From positions 160,001 through 224,000 of the forward strand of contig CBDATS010000004.1 of the NCBI GenBank assembly GCA_965200245.1: a stretch of 64,000 nucleotides of DNA, written 5' to 3'. The DNA comes from a bacterium (lineage in GTDB: Bacteria > UBA8248). The position numbers were made by a program, and so were the translations under genes. Of this stretch, positions 19,560 to 28,392 are shown piece by piece; the stretch's first letter is position 1, and each line of letters opens with the position of its first letter. The notes beneath the pieces are model-generated. The model was not told the DNA's origin and did no database searches. It was given only the letters and a program-made list of their open reading frames with translations.

Positions 19560-20327
19560 CTAGAACCCCAGAATCGAAAGTGTGTCCCCGAGATTCTCAA
19601 TCTCGAAATCGGGCGCGCGGCTTCCCTCCGGCAAGGGTGCGGCCTTTCTGTTGAGCCAGGCGCAGGGCATGCCTACACCTTGCGGGCCTTCCACGTCGGC
19701 CTCGAACGTATCGCCCACGAAGAGCACTTCGGCAGGCTTCACACCCAGTGTGTCGGCCACCTTGAGAAACAGCGACGCTGCGGGCTTTCTGAAACCTTCA
19801 TCTTCCGAGATCAAAACCGCATCGAGATACGGCGCAATTCCCATGCGCTCGATAATCCGCTGGGCGGTGGGCGCATGGTCGAAGTTGCTCAAGAGGGCTA
19901 TCGGCAAGCCCGCTACCCTGATTCTCTCCAGAACACCGATACGGTCCACGTCGAAAACGACAGAATTCTCGATGCCGCGCATGTGGGCGTTCAAGGCCGT
20001 CTGGGCTGCCTGTTCCCTCTCGCGCGGTGGAATCGACACCAAGAGCGCCATAAGACGTCGGAAACGGGTTATCGAGCGAACCTCCCTGTATTCCGTATCG
20101 TTGTTGCGCTCGCCCCACACCTCGTTCGAGTTCTGAAGCCAAAGCTGGTGGAAGGCCGGGTAATTCGGCACCGCAAACCCGCCCTCGTAGAGCGCTTCAT
20201 AAGCCGCCCGCGAGGTGGTCTTCTCCTCTTTGCCGTCGATTTCCACCACCGGGAACAGTGTGATGTCGAAATCAACGAGCGTGTCGAACAGATCGAACGC
20301 AACCGCGCGAAAAGAAGCCACAGGCAC
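19560..20327 (-). CDS. HAD-superfamily hydrolase (subfamily IA)
   Basis: FDLFDTL motif I, LSN motif II, RKP motif III, VGDTFEADVEG motif IV. Confidence 0.9.
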   Translation of the reverse strand: MPVASFRAVAFDLFDTLVDFDITLFPVVEIDGKEEKTTSRAAYEALYEGGFAVPNYPAFHQLWLQNSNEVWGERNNDTEYREVRSITRFRRLMALLVSIPPREREQAAQTALNAHMRGIENSVVFDVDRIGVLERIRVAGLPIALLSNFDHAPTAQRIIERMGIAPYLDAVLISEDEGFRKPAASLFLKVADTLGVKPAEVLFVGDTFEADVEGPQGVGMPCAWLNRKAAPLPEGSRAPDFEIENLGDTLSILGF

Positions 20328-20357
20328 TCCTCGTGAAATCAGGGCCTTGTTCAGGGA

Positions 20358-20870
20358 TCAGTCGTAGGTCCCGTCCATGTCCATCTTTCGGTAAGCGCTG
20401 CCGTAAAAAAGAAGCGGGGCGCGCACCTCATCCTCAATCAGGACGCGTGTCACGCGTCCCACGACAATGGTGTGATCTCCGCCCGGAAGCTCTTCGTGCA
20501 GATCGCATTCGAGAACACCCACGTTTCCCGTAAGTAGGGGTGACCCGTTTTCACCGATTTCATGCGGGATGTCAGCGAACTGATCCTCCGCGTCTCTTCC
20601 CTTGCCTGCGAACCAGTCAGAGGTGTTCTTCTGCTCTTCCGCGAGGAAATTGATGGCGAACTTCTTCGCCTCCTGCACAATCTTCAAGCTCGACGCCTTG
20701 TTGTCGTAACACACCAGGACGAGCGGCGGATCGAGTGAGAGGGAAGAAAACGCGTTCGCCGTCATGCCCCGCGCTTCTGTGGACGTTTTCGCGGTGACGA
20801 CGGTGACGCCCGTGGCAAATCGGCCGAGGGCTGTCCTGAATTCTTTCGGATCGATACTCATGTGTGCCAT
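20358..20870 (-). CDS. Flavin reductase (HpaC/RutF-like)
   Basis: FRTALGRFATGVTVVT, GMTANAFSSLSLDPPLVL, GGDHTIVVGRV. Confidence 0.92.
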   Translation of the reverse strand: MAHMSIDPKEFRTALGRFATGVTVVTAKTSTEARGMTANAFSSLSLDPPLVLVCYDNKASSLKIVQEAKKFAINFLAEEQKNTSDWFAGKGRDAEDQFADIPHEIGENGSPLLTGNVGVLECDLHEELPGGDHTIVVGRVTRVLIEDEVRAPLLFYGSAYRKMDMDGTYD

Positions 20871-20892
20871 CCCCTAAAGTGAATATCCTGGA

Positions 20893-21493
20893 TTAGTCGG
20901 AATATCTCTTTTTCTGAACGGGTCCTCGCCGTTGCGGAATCTGCGTGTCTCCAGAAAAACGGGTTTGTCGACGGCAGAAAGCTCCACGTCGCAGGCCTGT
21001 TTTCGGGCTTTTCCAAAAATAACGCTTCGTCTCGATCAGCCGGAATTGACACCCATGTTCAGACGTCAGATTCTCTCCGCCGTGTCTTCTCGCCCAAAGC
21101 GCGTCATCATTTATACATTTCCAGCGACAGGCTCGTCGTGTAGTCGCCCGTGCAATGGGTGACGACGAAACCAGCATCCTCCCTGATCCCCACCCGCTTC
21201 ATCAATTTCTGAAAACGATACCCCGTGAAAGCGGTCATCCATCCGGTCCAGCGGGCAACGCAGTGGATGTCACACCTGATCTATACAGTCGGCATCAAGG
21301 GAAACTCCCCGCAGCTGCACTCGAGTTCCTCTTCTATTTCATCGAACGCGCGGAACTTCCACCTTGCGAGATCGAATTCAGGTACCTGCTCACAATGGAG
21401 CAAAGGCCATTGGCCAGTCGTACCCTGGCCCGTCGGAACCCGTTCCCCGTATTTTCCTTCCAACTCATGTCCCTTGGAAAAAAGCACTGTCAT
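20893..21493 (-). pseudogene. Sulfite-oxidase-family molybdopterin oxidoreductase (YuiH-like) pseudogene
   Basis: Fragments in shifting frames: RVPTGQ..WPLLH..PEFDLARWKF; TAG at 21281-21283; IRCDIHCVARW..FVVTHCTGDYTTSLSLE; DDALWA..GENLTSEHG..RL..KRYFWKSPK; DVEL..DKPVFLE..NGEDPF; KRYSD-stop. Confidence 0.85.
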
Positions 21494-22542
21494 TCCAGAT
21501 CATTGCTCTGCCCGGCGGGCGCGAGCAGCACCTTCAGCCCCGCCCCGCGTCGCATGATGTCGAAGCCCCTCTCCCAAGCATCAAGCGGGAGCATATCGGA
21601 TACCATCGCCTCACTGTCCACCCTGCCTGTCTCCAGCAGTTCAAGTGCCAGGAGCCAAGCGGATCGCTTCTGGCCAAACGTGCCTACCAAGCGAATCTCC
21701 TTGAACGCCAACCTGCCCATATCGACTGCAACGGGCGCAACGGGCAGACCCACCTGGAGGATTTCTCCTCCCTTTCTCACCGCCTCGACGCAGACTTCTA
21801 GCACACCGGGCGCACCCGCCGCCTCGACTGCCAAGTCGGCTCCCCAACCATTCGTCTCTTCCATCACCCGCTCGAGAACACACTCTTTCTCGACGTTCAC
21901 CGCCCATTTCGCGCCGAACGAGCGTGCAAGTGCAAGCCTGTGCACATCCTTGCCGGCGCCTGCCACCATCACACGTGCGCCATGGGAGAGTGCGACCTGA
22001 GCGCACCCCAGACCAATCGCGCCCGGTCCCATGACCAGGACGAAATCTCCCTCGCGCACGCAGCATTGCTCGCACATTCCGTGTACGCACACGGCCAGAG
22101 GCTCTGAGAGCGCGGCCGCCTTCAGGCTCACGTTATCGGGCAGGCGGTGAATCGACTCCGCCCTTGTGACCACGTAGTCGGTGAAGGCCCCGTTGCTTAC
22201 CACGCCCGCGATATCACGTTCCTCGCAGCGGTTGTAGCGGCCCGAGGTACAGTGCGGACAGACGCGGCATGTCGACTTCGTGGGTTCGGCCGTCACCCGA
22301 GCGCCGAGAGGAATTCCCTCAACCCCATTGCCTGTTTCTACCACCTCGCCCGAAAACTCATGACCCAGCACCAAGGGTGGGAAATAGTGGAAAAACTCGC
22401 CCGAGGCGATATGCACGTCCGTACCGCAGATACCGGCATGGGCGACCTTGACCTTCACCTGTCCGGGTCCCACGCGAGGCTCCTCCACGTCCATAAGCGA
22501 CATGTTTCCGGGACCTTTCGCCTGTTTCACCAGAGCTCTCAT
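21490..22542 (-). CDS. Zn-dependent medium-chain dehydrogenase (sorbitol/L-iditol/threonine DH-like)
   Basis: GICGTD, LGHEFSG, structural Zn CxxCxxC...C, EPLA, GPGAIG. Confidence 0.92.
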   Translation of the reverse strand: MRALVKQAKGPGNMSLMDVEEPRVGPGQVKVKVAHAGICGTDVHIASGEFFHYFPPLVLGHEFSGEVVETGNGVEGIPLGARVTAEPTKSTCRVCPHCTSGRYNRCEERDIAGVVSNGAFTDYVVTRAESIHRLPDNVSLKAAALSEPLAVCVHGMCEQCCVREGDFVLVMGPGAIGLGCAQVALSHGARVMVAGAGKDVHRLALARSFGAKWAVNVEKECVLERVMEETNGWGADLAVEAAGAPGVLEVCVEAVRKGGEILQVGLPVAPVAVDMGRLAFKEIRLVGTFGQKRSAWLLALELLETGRVDSEAMVSDMLPLDAWERGFDIMRRGAGLKVLLAPAGQSNDLE

Positions 22543-22564
22543 GTTCGCCTCTCGCGGGAAGAAA

Positions 22565-23278
22565 TCAGGCGTTCAACACGGCTACCGCCCGAATCGGTGA
22601 ACCCGACCCACCCCGAATCTTGAGCGGAAGTCCGATGTAGAGGAACTCCTTGCCCACCACCAATTCGATGTTGCACAGGTTCTCCGTGTTCGTGCGACCG
22701 AGTTCGCGGCAAACAAGATGGCAAGGGTATTCCGGACTGGTCGCCATATCCATGCTCGGGGCGTCGGTGCCCACGTTGATGGCCCCGCACTCGCCATAGA
22801 CGTATTCGGCCGCTTCGCGCGTCCAGCCCGCATAGGCCGTCGTGTAGAACGGCGTCGGGTGGTGGCGCTTGAAGTGCCCGTAGGTATAGAGGAGGGTGTC
22901 ACCCGGCTTGATCTCGTAGTTATAGTGGTCAAGCCTGCGCTTCACGTCGTCTACGCCGATGTAGCTGTTGTCCTCCACGTTCTCGAAATCGATAGCGATA
23001 CCCCGACTGTAGAAAGAATCGAAGTTCATCTCGTCGATGTGCGGGGCGTCGGGCGATGGGTCAAGATGACTGATGGAATCCACGTGCGTGGGGCCGTGCT
23101 CGCAGAACTGGATGATACCCGAATAATAGCTCATCTCGCTCTTGAAGCGCCCGCTGGCGGCGCTTTCCTCATGCGTCATGTTCGTCCAGCGCCAGGTATC
23201 GGGGTGCCCGACGAACACAGGCTGACCCTGATAGATATCTTGTGAGAGATCGATGATTTCGTGATTCCTGTACGCCAT
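22565..23278 (-). CDS. Cyclase family metal-dependent hydrolase (kynurenine formamidase/isatin hydrolase-like)
   Basis: IIDLSQ, EHGPTHVDSISH, GTDAPSMD, HL...ENL, PLKIRGGSGSPIRAVA; start ATG 23278 with GGAGGAG RBS. Confidence 0.9.
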   Translation of the reverse strand: MAYRNHEIIDLSQDIYQGQPVFVGHPDTWRWTNMTHEESAASGRFKSEMSYYSGIIQFCEHGPTHVDSISHLDPSPDAPHIDEMNFDSFYSRGIAIDFENVEDNSYIGVDDVKRRLDHYNYEIKPGDTLLYTYGHFKRHHPTPFYTTAYAGWTREAAEYVYGECGAINVGTDAPSMDMATSPEYPCHLVCRELGRTNTENLCNIELVVGKEFLYIGLPLKIRGGSGSPIRAVAVLNA

Positions 23279-23438
23279 GGTGATTCTCCTCCGGCATGTC
23301 TCATTATGAGTAAACTGTTCCAATCCTTGCGATTCGCTGGGTAAAGCACTTTCGTGTAATCTGCGCCAAAACCGGTGCAACAACTCGCCTGTATCCGGGC
23401 ATCTGGCAGGAAATATCATGGGTTCTGAGCGCTTCCCG

Positions 23439-23529
23439 ATATTAGGGTCGAGGTGAGACCTTGTCAACGGAAAGGCTTGGGCGGCGCATCCATCGGGAAT
23501 TGACATCCCGAAGTCCTTCTCCTTACCAT
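23439..23529. promoter_or_regulatory. Back-to-back divergent sigma70 promoters
   Basis: Minus: TTGACA(23467-62)-N17-TAATAT(23444-39); plus: TTGACA(23500-05)-N18-TACCAT(23524-29). Confidence 0.65.
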
Positions 23530-23577
23530 GTTGCAGAAACCCCGACTTCACTTTTTCTTTCGATAGAAAGCATCCCG

Positions 23578-24213
23578 ATGGCGTACACGCGCCGTGTAAC
23601 GGCGATAATTCTCGCCGCAGGCCTCTCGAAGCGCCTGGGACGGAACAAGCTCCTCCTTCCCCTGGGAGGTGAGACAGTCGTCCGCAAGACGGCGAAAGCG
23701 GTATGCAAGAGCGCGGTCTCGGAAGTCATCCTCGTGACGGGCCATGAGCAGGCAATGGTGAGAGAGGCTGTAAAGGATCTCAATGTGCGGCTCACGCACA
23801 ATCTCCGCTACGCCGAGGGCCAAAGCACGAGCATGATCGCAGGAATCGAGGCGGCACCGGAAGACACGGAGGCTTATTTGTTCGTCTTGGGCGATCAACC
23901 CCTGCTCACGCCCGAAATCGTGAACGGGATGATTGCCCTCTATGAAGAGTCTTACCCAGATGCACTCATCACAGTGCCTGTCTTCGAGGAAAAGCGTGGA
24001 AATCCCACCCTGTTCTCCACCGCCTTGAAGGGCGAACTGCTCCGGGCGAGCGGCGATGCAGGTGGCAGGAACGTTATCCGGATACTGGAAACGGAATCTC
24101 CCGCGAGAATCGTTTTTCTCCACCTGCCTAATGATGATATCTTTCTCGACATTGACACAGAAAAAGACTACGAACTTATACTTCGTACATGCCCGAAAGA
24201 CTCATACGAGTAG
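23578..24213 (+). CDS. Molybdenum cofactor cytidylyltransferase-like nucleotidyltransferase (MocA family)
   Basis: AIILAAGLSKRLGRNKLLL, GQSTS, LGDQP, RGNPTLF, GDAGGR, DIDT; start ATG 23578. Confidence 0.85.
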   Translation: MAYTRRVTAIILAAGLSKRLGRNKLLLPLGGETVVRKTAKAVCKSAVSEVILVTGHEQAMVREAVKDLNVRLTHNLRYAEGQSTSMIAGIEAAPEDTEAYLFVLGDQPLLTPEIVNGMIALYEESYPDALITVPVFEEKRGNPTLFSTALKGELLRASGDAGGRNVIRILETESPARIVFLHLPNDDIFLDIDTEKDYELILRTCPKDSYE

Positions 24214-24228
24214 TAAAGGAGCACATCC

Positions 24229-25371
24229 ATGGTGAAGCCGTTTCAGATTGCATCCGGACCACGCGTCCGCTTTGGCCGTGGAGAGACCGTCCATATCGGT
24301 GAAGAAGCGAAGGGCCTGGGTATCGCCAGGCCGATGTTCGTCACAGACCCGGGACTTGCGTCGAGCGGAGCACTCGACACGGTGCTGAAAAGTCTCGAAG
24401 AAGCAGTTCTTGACTATCAGTTCTACGATCAGGCCGAGGCGAATCCCACGGACACGAGCATCATCGGGGCCCGTGATTTCTTCAGCGAACACGGTTGTGA
24501 CAGCTTCATCGCCGCGGGTGGCGGCAGCACGATGGACACCGCCAAGGCGACGCTTGCCCTCATCGCAAACGGAGGCGTGCCGAGCGATTACTACGGACGA
24601 GGCAAGGCCAATACGCCCGGTCCGCCCCTCATCACCGTTCCTACCACAGCGGGCACGGGTAGCGAGGTCACGATGAGCTCTATCGTCACGGACACGAAGT
24701 TCATGATCAAAACCGTCCTAGCGGATGACACGCTCTTCGCGAAACTCGCCGTCGTCGACTCGGCACTCCTCGCCAGGCTGCCCTCTCACATCGCTGCGGG
24801 TGCGATGATGGACGCCCTGACGCACGCCATCGAATCGGTCGGCTCGCCAAACTCGAACCCTTGGACGGAAGCGCTTGCGTTTCAATCCATCGCGCACATC
24901 GGTGAACACGGCAGGGCCTACGTGGACGATCCATCCAACCCGAAAGCCGCAGACGCGATATCGCTTGCGGCGATGCTCGCGGGACGTGCATTCACCAACA
25001 CGGGCCTCGGCATCGTACACTCACTCGCGCATCCATTGGGTGCCTACCACGGGCTGCACCACGGCACAGCGAACGGCATATTCCTGCCGCCCGTCATGGA
25101 GTTCAACCTTCCCGCCATGCGGGAGACTTACGCGCGAATGGCACCGCTTCTGAAAGACGGCGCGGCGAGCACGGCCGAGGCGGCAATAGACGCCATCCGC
25201 GAACTCAACACGGACATCGGCATACCGCCCAGCCTGAGAGCAGCCGATGTCGCGAACGAGAACCTTGATATCCTCGCCAAAGACGCGGCGGAGAGCCACC
25301 AGGTCACGACGAACCCTGTCCCCTCGAATCAAGAGGACATGAAACGCCTTCTGCTGGCCGTGCTCGAGTAG
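24229..25371 (+). CDS. Iron-containing (group III) alcohol dehydrogenase
   Basis: GGGSTMDTAK, PTTAGTGSE, DALTHAIE, HSLAH...HHG metal ligands. Confidence 0.93.
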   Translation: MVKPFQIASGPRVRFGRGETVHIGEEAKGLGIARPMFVTDPGLASSGALDTVLKSLEEAVLDYQFYDQAEANPTDTSIIGARDFFSEHGCDSFIAAGGGSTMDTAKATLALIANGGVPSDYYGRGKANTPGPPLITVPTTAGTGSEVTMSSIVTDTKFMIKTVLADDTLFAKLAVVDSALLARLPSHIAAGAMMDALTHAIESVGSPNSNPWTEALAFQSIAHIGEHGRAYVDDPSNPKAADAISLAAMLAGRAFTNTGLGIVHSLAHPLGAYHGLHHGTANGIFLPPVMEFNLPAMRETYARMAPLLKDGAASTAEAAIDAIRELNTDIGIPPSLRAADVANENLDILAKDAAESHQVTTNPVPSNQEDMKRLLLAVLE

Positions 25372-25374
25372 ACG

Positions 25375-25896
25375 ATGCCCGCAAACGAGATATTGATATC
25401 GGGAGCGCAGATACGACACCGCCTCCCGGTACTCGCTGCCGAGATCAACGAGGCATTGCCCAACGGGCCACTCCATGTCGTGATGATACTGAAGGGCTCT
25501 ATCTTCTTCGGCGTCGACCTCGCCCGTGCCCTTGAACGCAACACCACACTCGGCTTTCTCACGGCTTCGAGCTACGGCGCGGACACGACGAGCAAGGGCA
25601 AAGTAAAAATCGACGCCAGACACCTCGGCGACATCAAGGGCCGAAGCATTTTGCTCATCGACGATATTCTCGATACGGGCCACACGCTTTCGAAAACCAT
25701 CAACGTTCTGCGGGAAAAGCACCCCGCGTCTCTCAGGACGTGCGTATTGATGGACAAGCCCGAGAGAAGGGAAGTCGAGATACAGGCGGATCACGCAGGT
25801 TTCGCCATCGGGAATCATTTTGTCGTAGGCTACGGATTGGACTGCGACGGGGCGTACCGCACCCTGCCGGATATTCGCATCTATACGCCCGAATGA
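25375..25896 (+). CDS. hpt: Hypoxanthine phosphoribosyltransferase
   Basis: ILKGS, SSYG, IDDILDTGHTL, FVVGYGLD...YRTLP. Confidence 0.93.
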   Translation: MPANEILISGAQIRHRLPVLAAEINEALPNGPLHVVMILKGSIFFGVDLARALERNTTLGFLTASSYGADTTSKGKVKIDARHLGDIKGRSILLIDDILDTGHTLSKTINVLREKHPASLRTCVLMDKPERREVEIQADHAGFAIGNHFVVGYGLDCDGAYRTLPDIRIYTPE

Positions 25897-25946
25897 GGAT
25901 TGCCCGAAGGAGACGAACAGGTGGAGGTTGGGGGTCACCCCTGCAA

Positions 25947-26172
25947 GGGGCTTTTGAATGAGTCCTAGTCTCGTGATTCGGTATATATAGCCGTACGAGG
26001 AGGTCTCCCATGGGACCATCCCTTTCTGGGGATCGTCCCATGGGTCATGATTCCGGGTTGTTCACAGGAACGGTCCGCTGCAAGGGCGGTGCGATTTTGC
26101 CCGCCATTCCGGCTTTCGCCGGAATGGCCGAAATGGTCAATTCCGACCGAAGAGGGGTTTTTCCACAACCCC
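25947..26172. repeat. Degenerate MITE/REP-like palindromic element
   Basis: Imperfect terminal IRs (GGGGCTTTTGAATGA / TTTTTCCACAACCCC) and internal hairpins CCCATGGGAC..GTCCCATGGG (26008-26045) and GCCATTCCGGC-TTTC-GCCGGAATGGC (26103-26128). Confidence 0.5.
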
Positions 26173-26216
26173 TCAATCAAACGCCTCGGCCTTTCGTTCA
26201 CACAGGAGATACGGAC

Positions 26217-27320
26217 ATGCCAATTCAGGAAGTAACAGTCTGGGATACTGCCGTGGAAGTCGCCCAGGGCTCGAGAAACCGCTACGGTGGCGCGTCGACG
26301 CTGGAACGCGTCGTGGTTCGCCTGGAAAACGACGATAGCCTTGAGGGCTGGGGCGAGGCCGCACCGCTCATGTATTTCACCCAGGAGATGGGCTCCGAGA
26401 TGGCGTCCACGCTCCGTGAAGCCGCTCCCCGCATTCGGGGGTTGACGGCGGATGACCTCCTGGCTGCGCTGGATGGCGTGGCGGATTTCAGGGGAATGGG
26501 CGCCGCGCGCACCGCGCTCGAAATCGCCGCTATGGACCTCGCCGCCAAAATCAATCAGACGCCCTTCGATCATGTTTTCGGCGGGCGCAAGAGAAACGTT
26601 GTTATGCTGGACGGCCCCATCGGCCTACTCTCGCCTGAGGAGGCCGTCAAAAAGGCGGAGACACTTGTGGATAAAGGTGTACACACCCTCAAGGTGAAAT
26701 CAGGCGTCGAGGTAGAGGCGGATGCGGAGCGCATCGCGAGGCTGCGCGACAGGTTCGGCCCCGAAATCAAGCTGAGGACGGATGCGAACGGCGGATTCAC
26801 ACCAGAGGAAGCGCTGCGCTTCACGGACAGAATGGTCGAGATCGGCATCGAACACTTCGAACAGCCCGTGCTTCCCGCAGAGGAGAAACACATCGACGTA
26901 TTCCGCGAAATCCGTGCCAGGGGGATGCAGGTCGCGGTGGATGAATCCTTGTTCTCCATCGACGACGCTCGCCGCCTGGTCGATTTGGAGGCCGTTGACA
27001 TCGGCCTTGTCAAGATCGCCAAGTTCGGCGGCCCCAGGGATGCCTGGGAGGTCGCGCGTGTATTCGACGTCGCCGGAAAACCCGCTCTGCTCAGTTCGCC
27101 ATACGAATCGTATATCGCCAAATCGGCGGGGTTCGCCATTGCGCTGTCGCTTGAGAACGCGGACAGGGCACACGAACTTGCCCATCTTCTCGATGAAGAA
27201 CCCTACGCCGAGTGGGACCACTCCATATCAGGCGGTGAGTTCACGGCGGTGGATGCAGCGGGGCACGGAGCGGTCGGTATTCCCGCCCGAATCGAGAAGA
27301 TAGCCAAGGCTGCCGTATAG
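26217..27320 (+). CDS. Enolase superfamily, muconate lactonizing enzyme (MLE) subgroup protein
   Basis: GWGEA, KVK (KxK), D-A-N, EQP, DES, K at strand 6; start ATG 26217 with AGGAG RBS. Confidence 0.88.
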   Translation: MPIQEVTVWDTAVEVAQGSRNRYGGASTLERVVVRLENDDSLEGWGEAAPLMYFTQEMGSEMASTLREAAPRIRGLTADDLLAALDGVADFRGMGAARTALEIAAMDLAAKINQTPFDHVFGGRKRNVVMLDGPIGLLSPEEAVKKAETLVDKGVHTLKVKSGVEVEADAERIARLRDRFGPEIKLRTDANGGFTPEEALRFTDRMVEIGIEHFEQPVLPAEEKHIDVFREIRARGMQVAVDESLFSIDDARRLVDLEAVDIGLVKIAKFGGPRDAWEVARVFDVAGKPALLSSPYESYIAKSAGFAIALSLENADRAHELAHLLDEEPYAEWDHSISGGEFTAVDAAGHGAVGIPARIEKIAKAAV

Positions 27321-27362
27321 CGAGAACGATTCTTTATTCGATTGCCCAGGAGAATGAATGCG

Positions 27363-28277
27363 ATGAGTCTCCCCGCCAAGGTCGAGATCGTCGAGGTCGG
27401 CACGCGAGACGGCCTCCAGAACGAAAAGCAATACATCACGCCCGAGGACAAAATCAGACTCCTCGACACCATCACCGACGCGGGCGTTCGCCGCATCGAG
27501 GTGACGAGTTTCGTGAGCCCCAGGCATGTTCCCCAGTTGCGGGACGCCAGGGAAGTGCTGGCGGGCTGCAAGCGCAACCCCGAGGCCGAATATGAGGCCC
27601 TGATCCCCAATGTGCGCGGTATGGAGCGCGCCCTTGAATACGAACTCGACGGCGTGATGCTGTTCGTCTCCGCCAGCGAGACGTTCAACCTGAAGAACAT
27701 CCGCGCGAGCCGGAAGACGATGCTTGGCGTCGCCCGCGAAGTCGCAAAAATGGCGCTGGGCGCAGGGCTGAAACTCCGGGGCGGCGTGGTCGCCACGTTC
27801 GGCTGCCCATATGAGGGGCGCATCTCCTATGAGGACGTCGAATGGATTATCAGCGAGTACGTGGACATGGGTTGTGGGGAAATCGGCTTGGCTGATACCG
27901 TGGGAATGACGAACCCGGCGGAAATCAAAAGGCTCACCAATCATATACGGGAGAAGTTCCCTTCTGTCCGCTACGCGCTGCACCTCCACAACACGAGAGG
28001 GATCGGCCTCGCCAACTTGCTGGCGGGGCTGGAAGTCGGGGTGGATACGTTTGACACCTCCATCGGCGGCCTGGGTGGCTGTCCCTTCGCACCGCGCGCC
28101 ACGGGCAACATCGCCAGCGAGGACACGATCAACATGCTCCATGAGATGGGCATCAAGACAGGCGTCAACCTGCCGAAACTCCTGGAAGCCGTATCCCATG
28201 CAGAGAAAATTTTGAACCGGCAGTTGCCGGGACAACTCCTTCACGCCGGCATCCCCGAGTGGGAAATCGCATCCTGA
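27363..28277 (+). CDS. HMG-CoA lyase family (DRE-TIM) acyl-CoA lyase
   Basis: EVGTRDGLQNE, LADTVG, HLHNTRG, GGLGGCPFAPRATGN. Confidence 0.92.
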   Translation: MSLPAKVEIVEVGTRDGLQNEKQYITPEDKIRLLDTITDAGVRRIEVTSFVSPRHVPQLRDAREVLAGCKRNPEAEYEALIPNVRGMERALEYELDGVMLFVSASETFNLKNIRASRKTMLGVAREVAKMALGAGLKLRGGVVATFGCPYEGRISYEDVEWIISEYVDMGCGEIGLADTVGMTNPAEIKRLTNHIREKFPSVRYALHLHNTRGIGLANLLAGLEVGVDTFDTSIGGLGGCPFAPRATGNIASEDTINMLHEMGIKTGVNLPKLLEAVSHAEKILNRQLPGQLLHAGIPEWEIAS

Positions 28278-28336
28278 GCCGACACCGCGTGTCGCATCAG
28301 TTTTTTGCATAGTCCGTCCGGCGAGTTCGGAAATAC

Positions 28337-28375
28337 TTGACTCCATGGCGAAAAACTGATTGTATGCAATATACA
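28337..28375 (+). promoter_or_regulatory. Internal promoter region with GntR/FCD-type operator upstream of the decarboxylase genes
   Basis: TTGACT at 28337; near-palindrome ATTGTATGCAAT (28359-28370) overlapping TGTAT-N5-ATACA; -10 not clearly resolved. Confidence 0.55.
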
Positions 28376-28392
28376 CTTTCAGGAGAAGAGCG

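Noticed and set aside
21281-21283. In-frame TAG as possible pyrrolysine or recoding site
   Set aside because: The same gene has several frameshifts, and TAG is used as an ordinary stop elsewhere in the window
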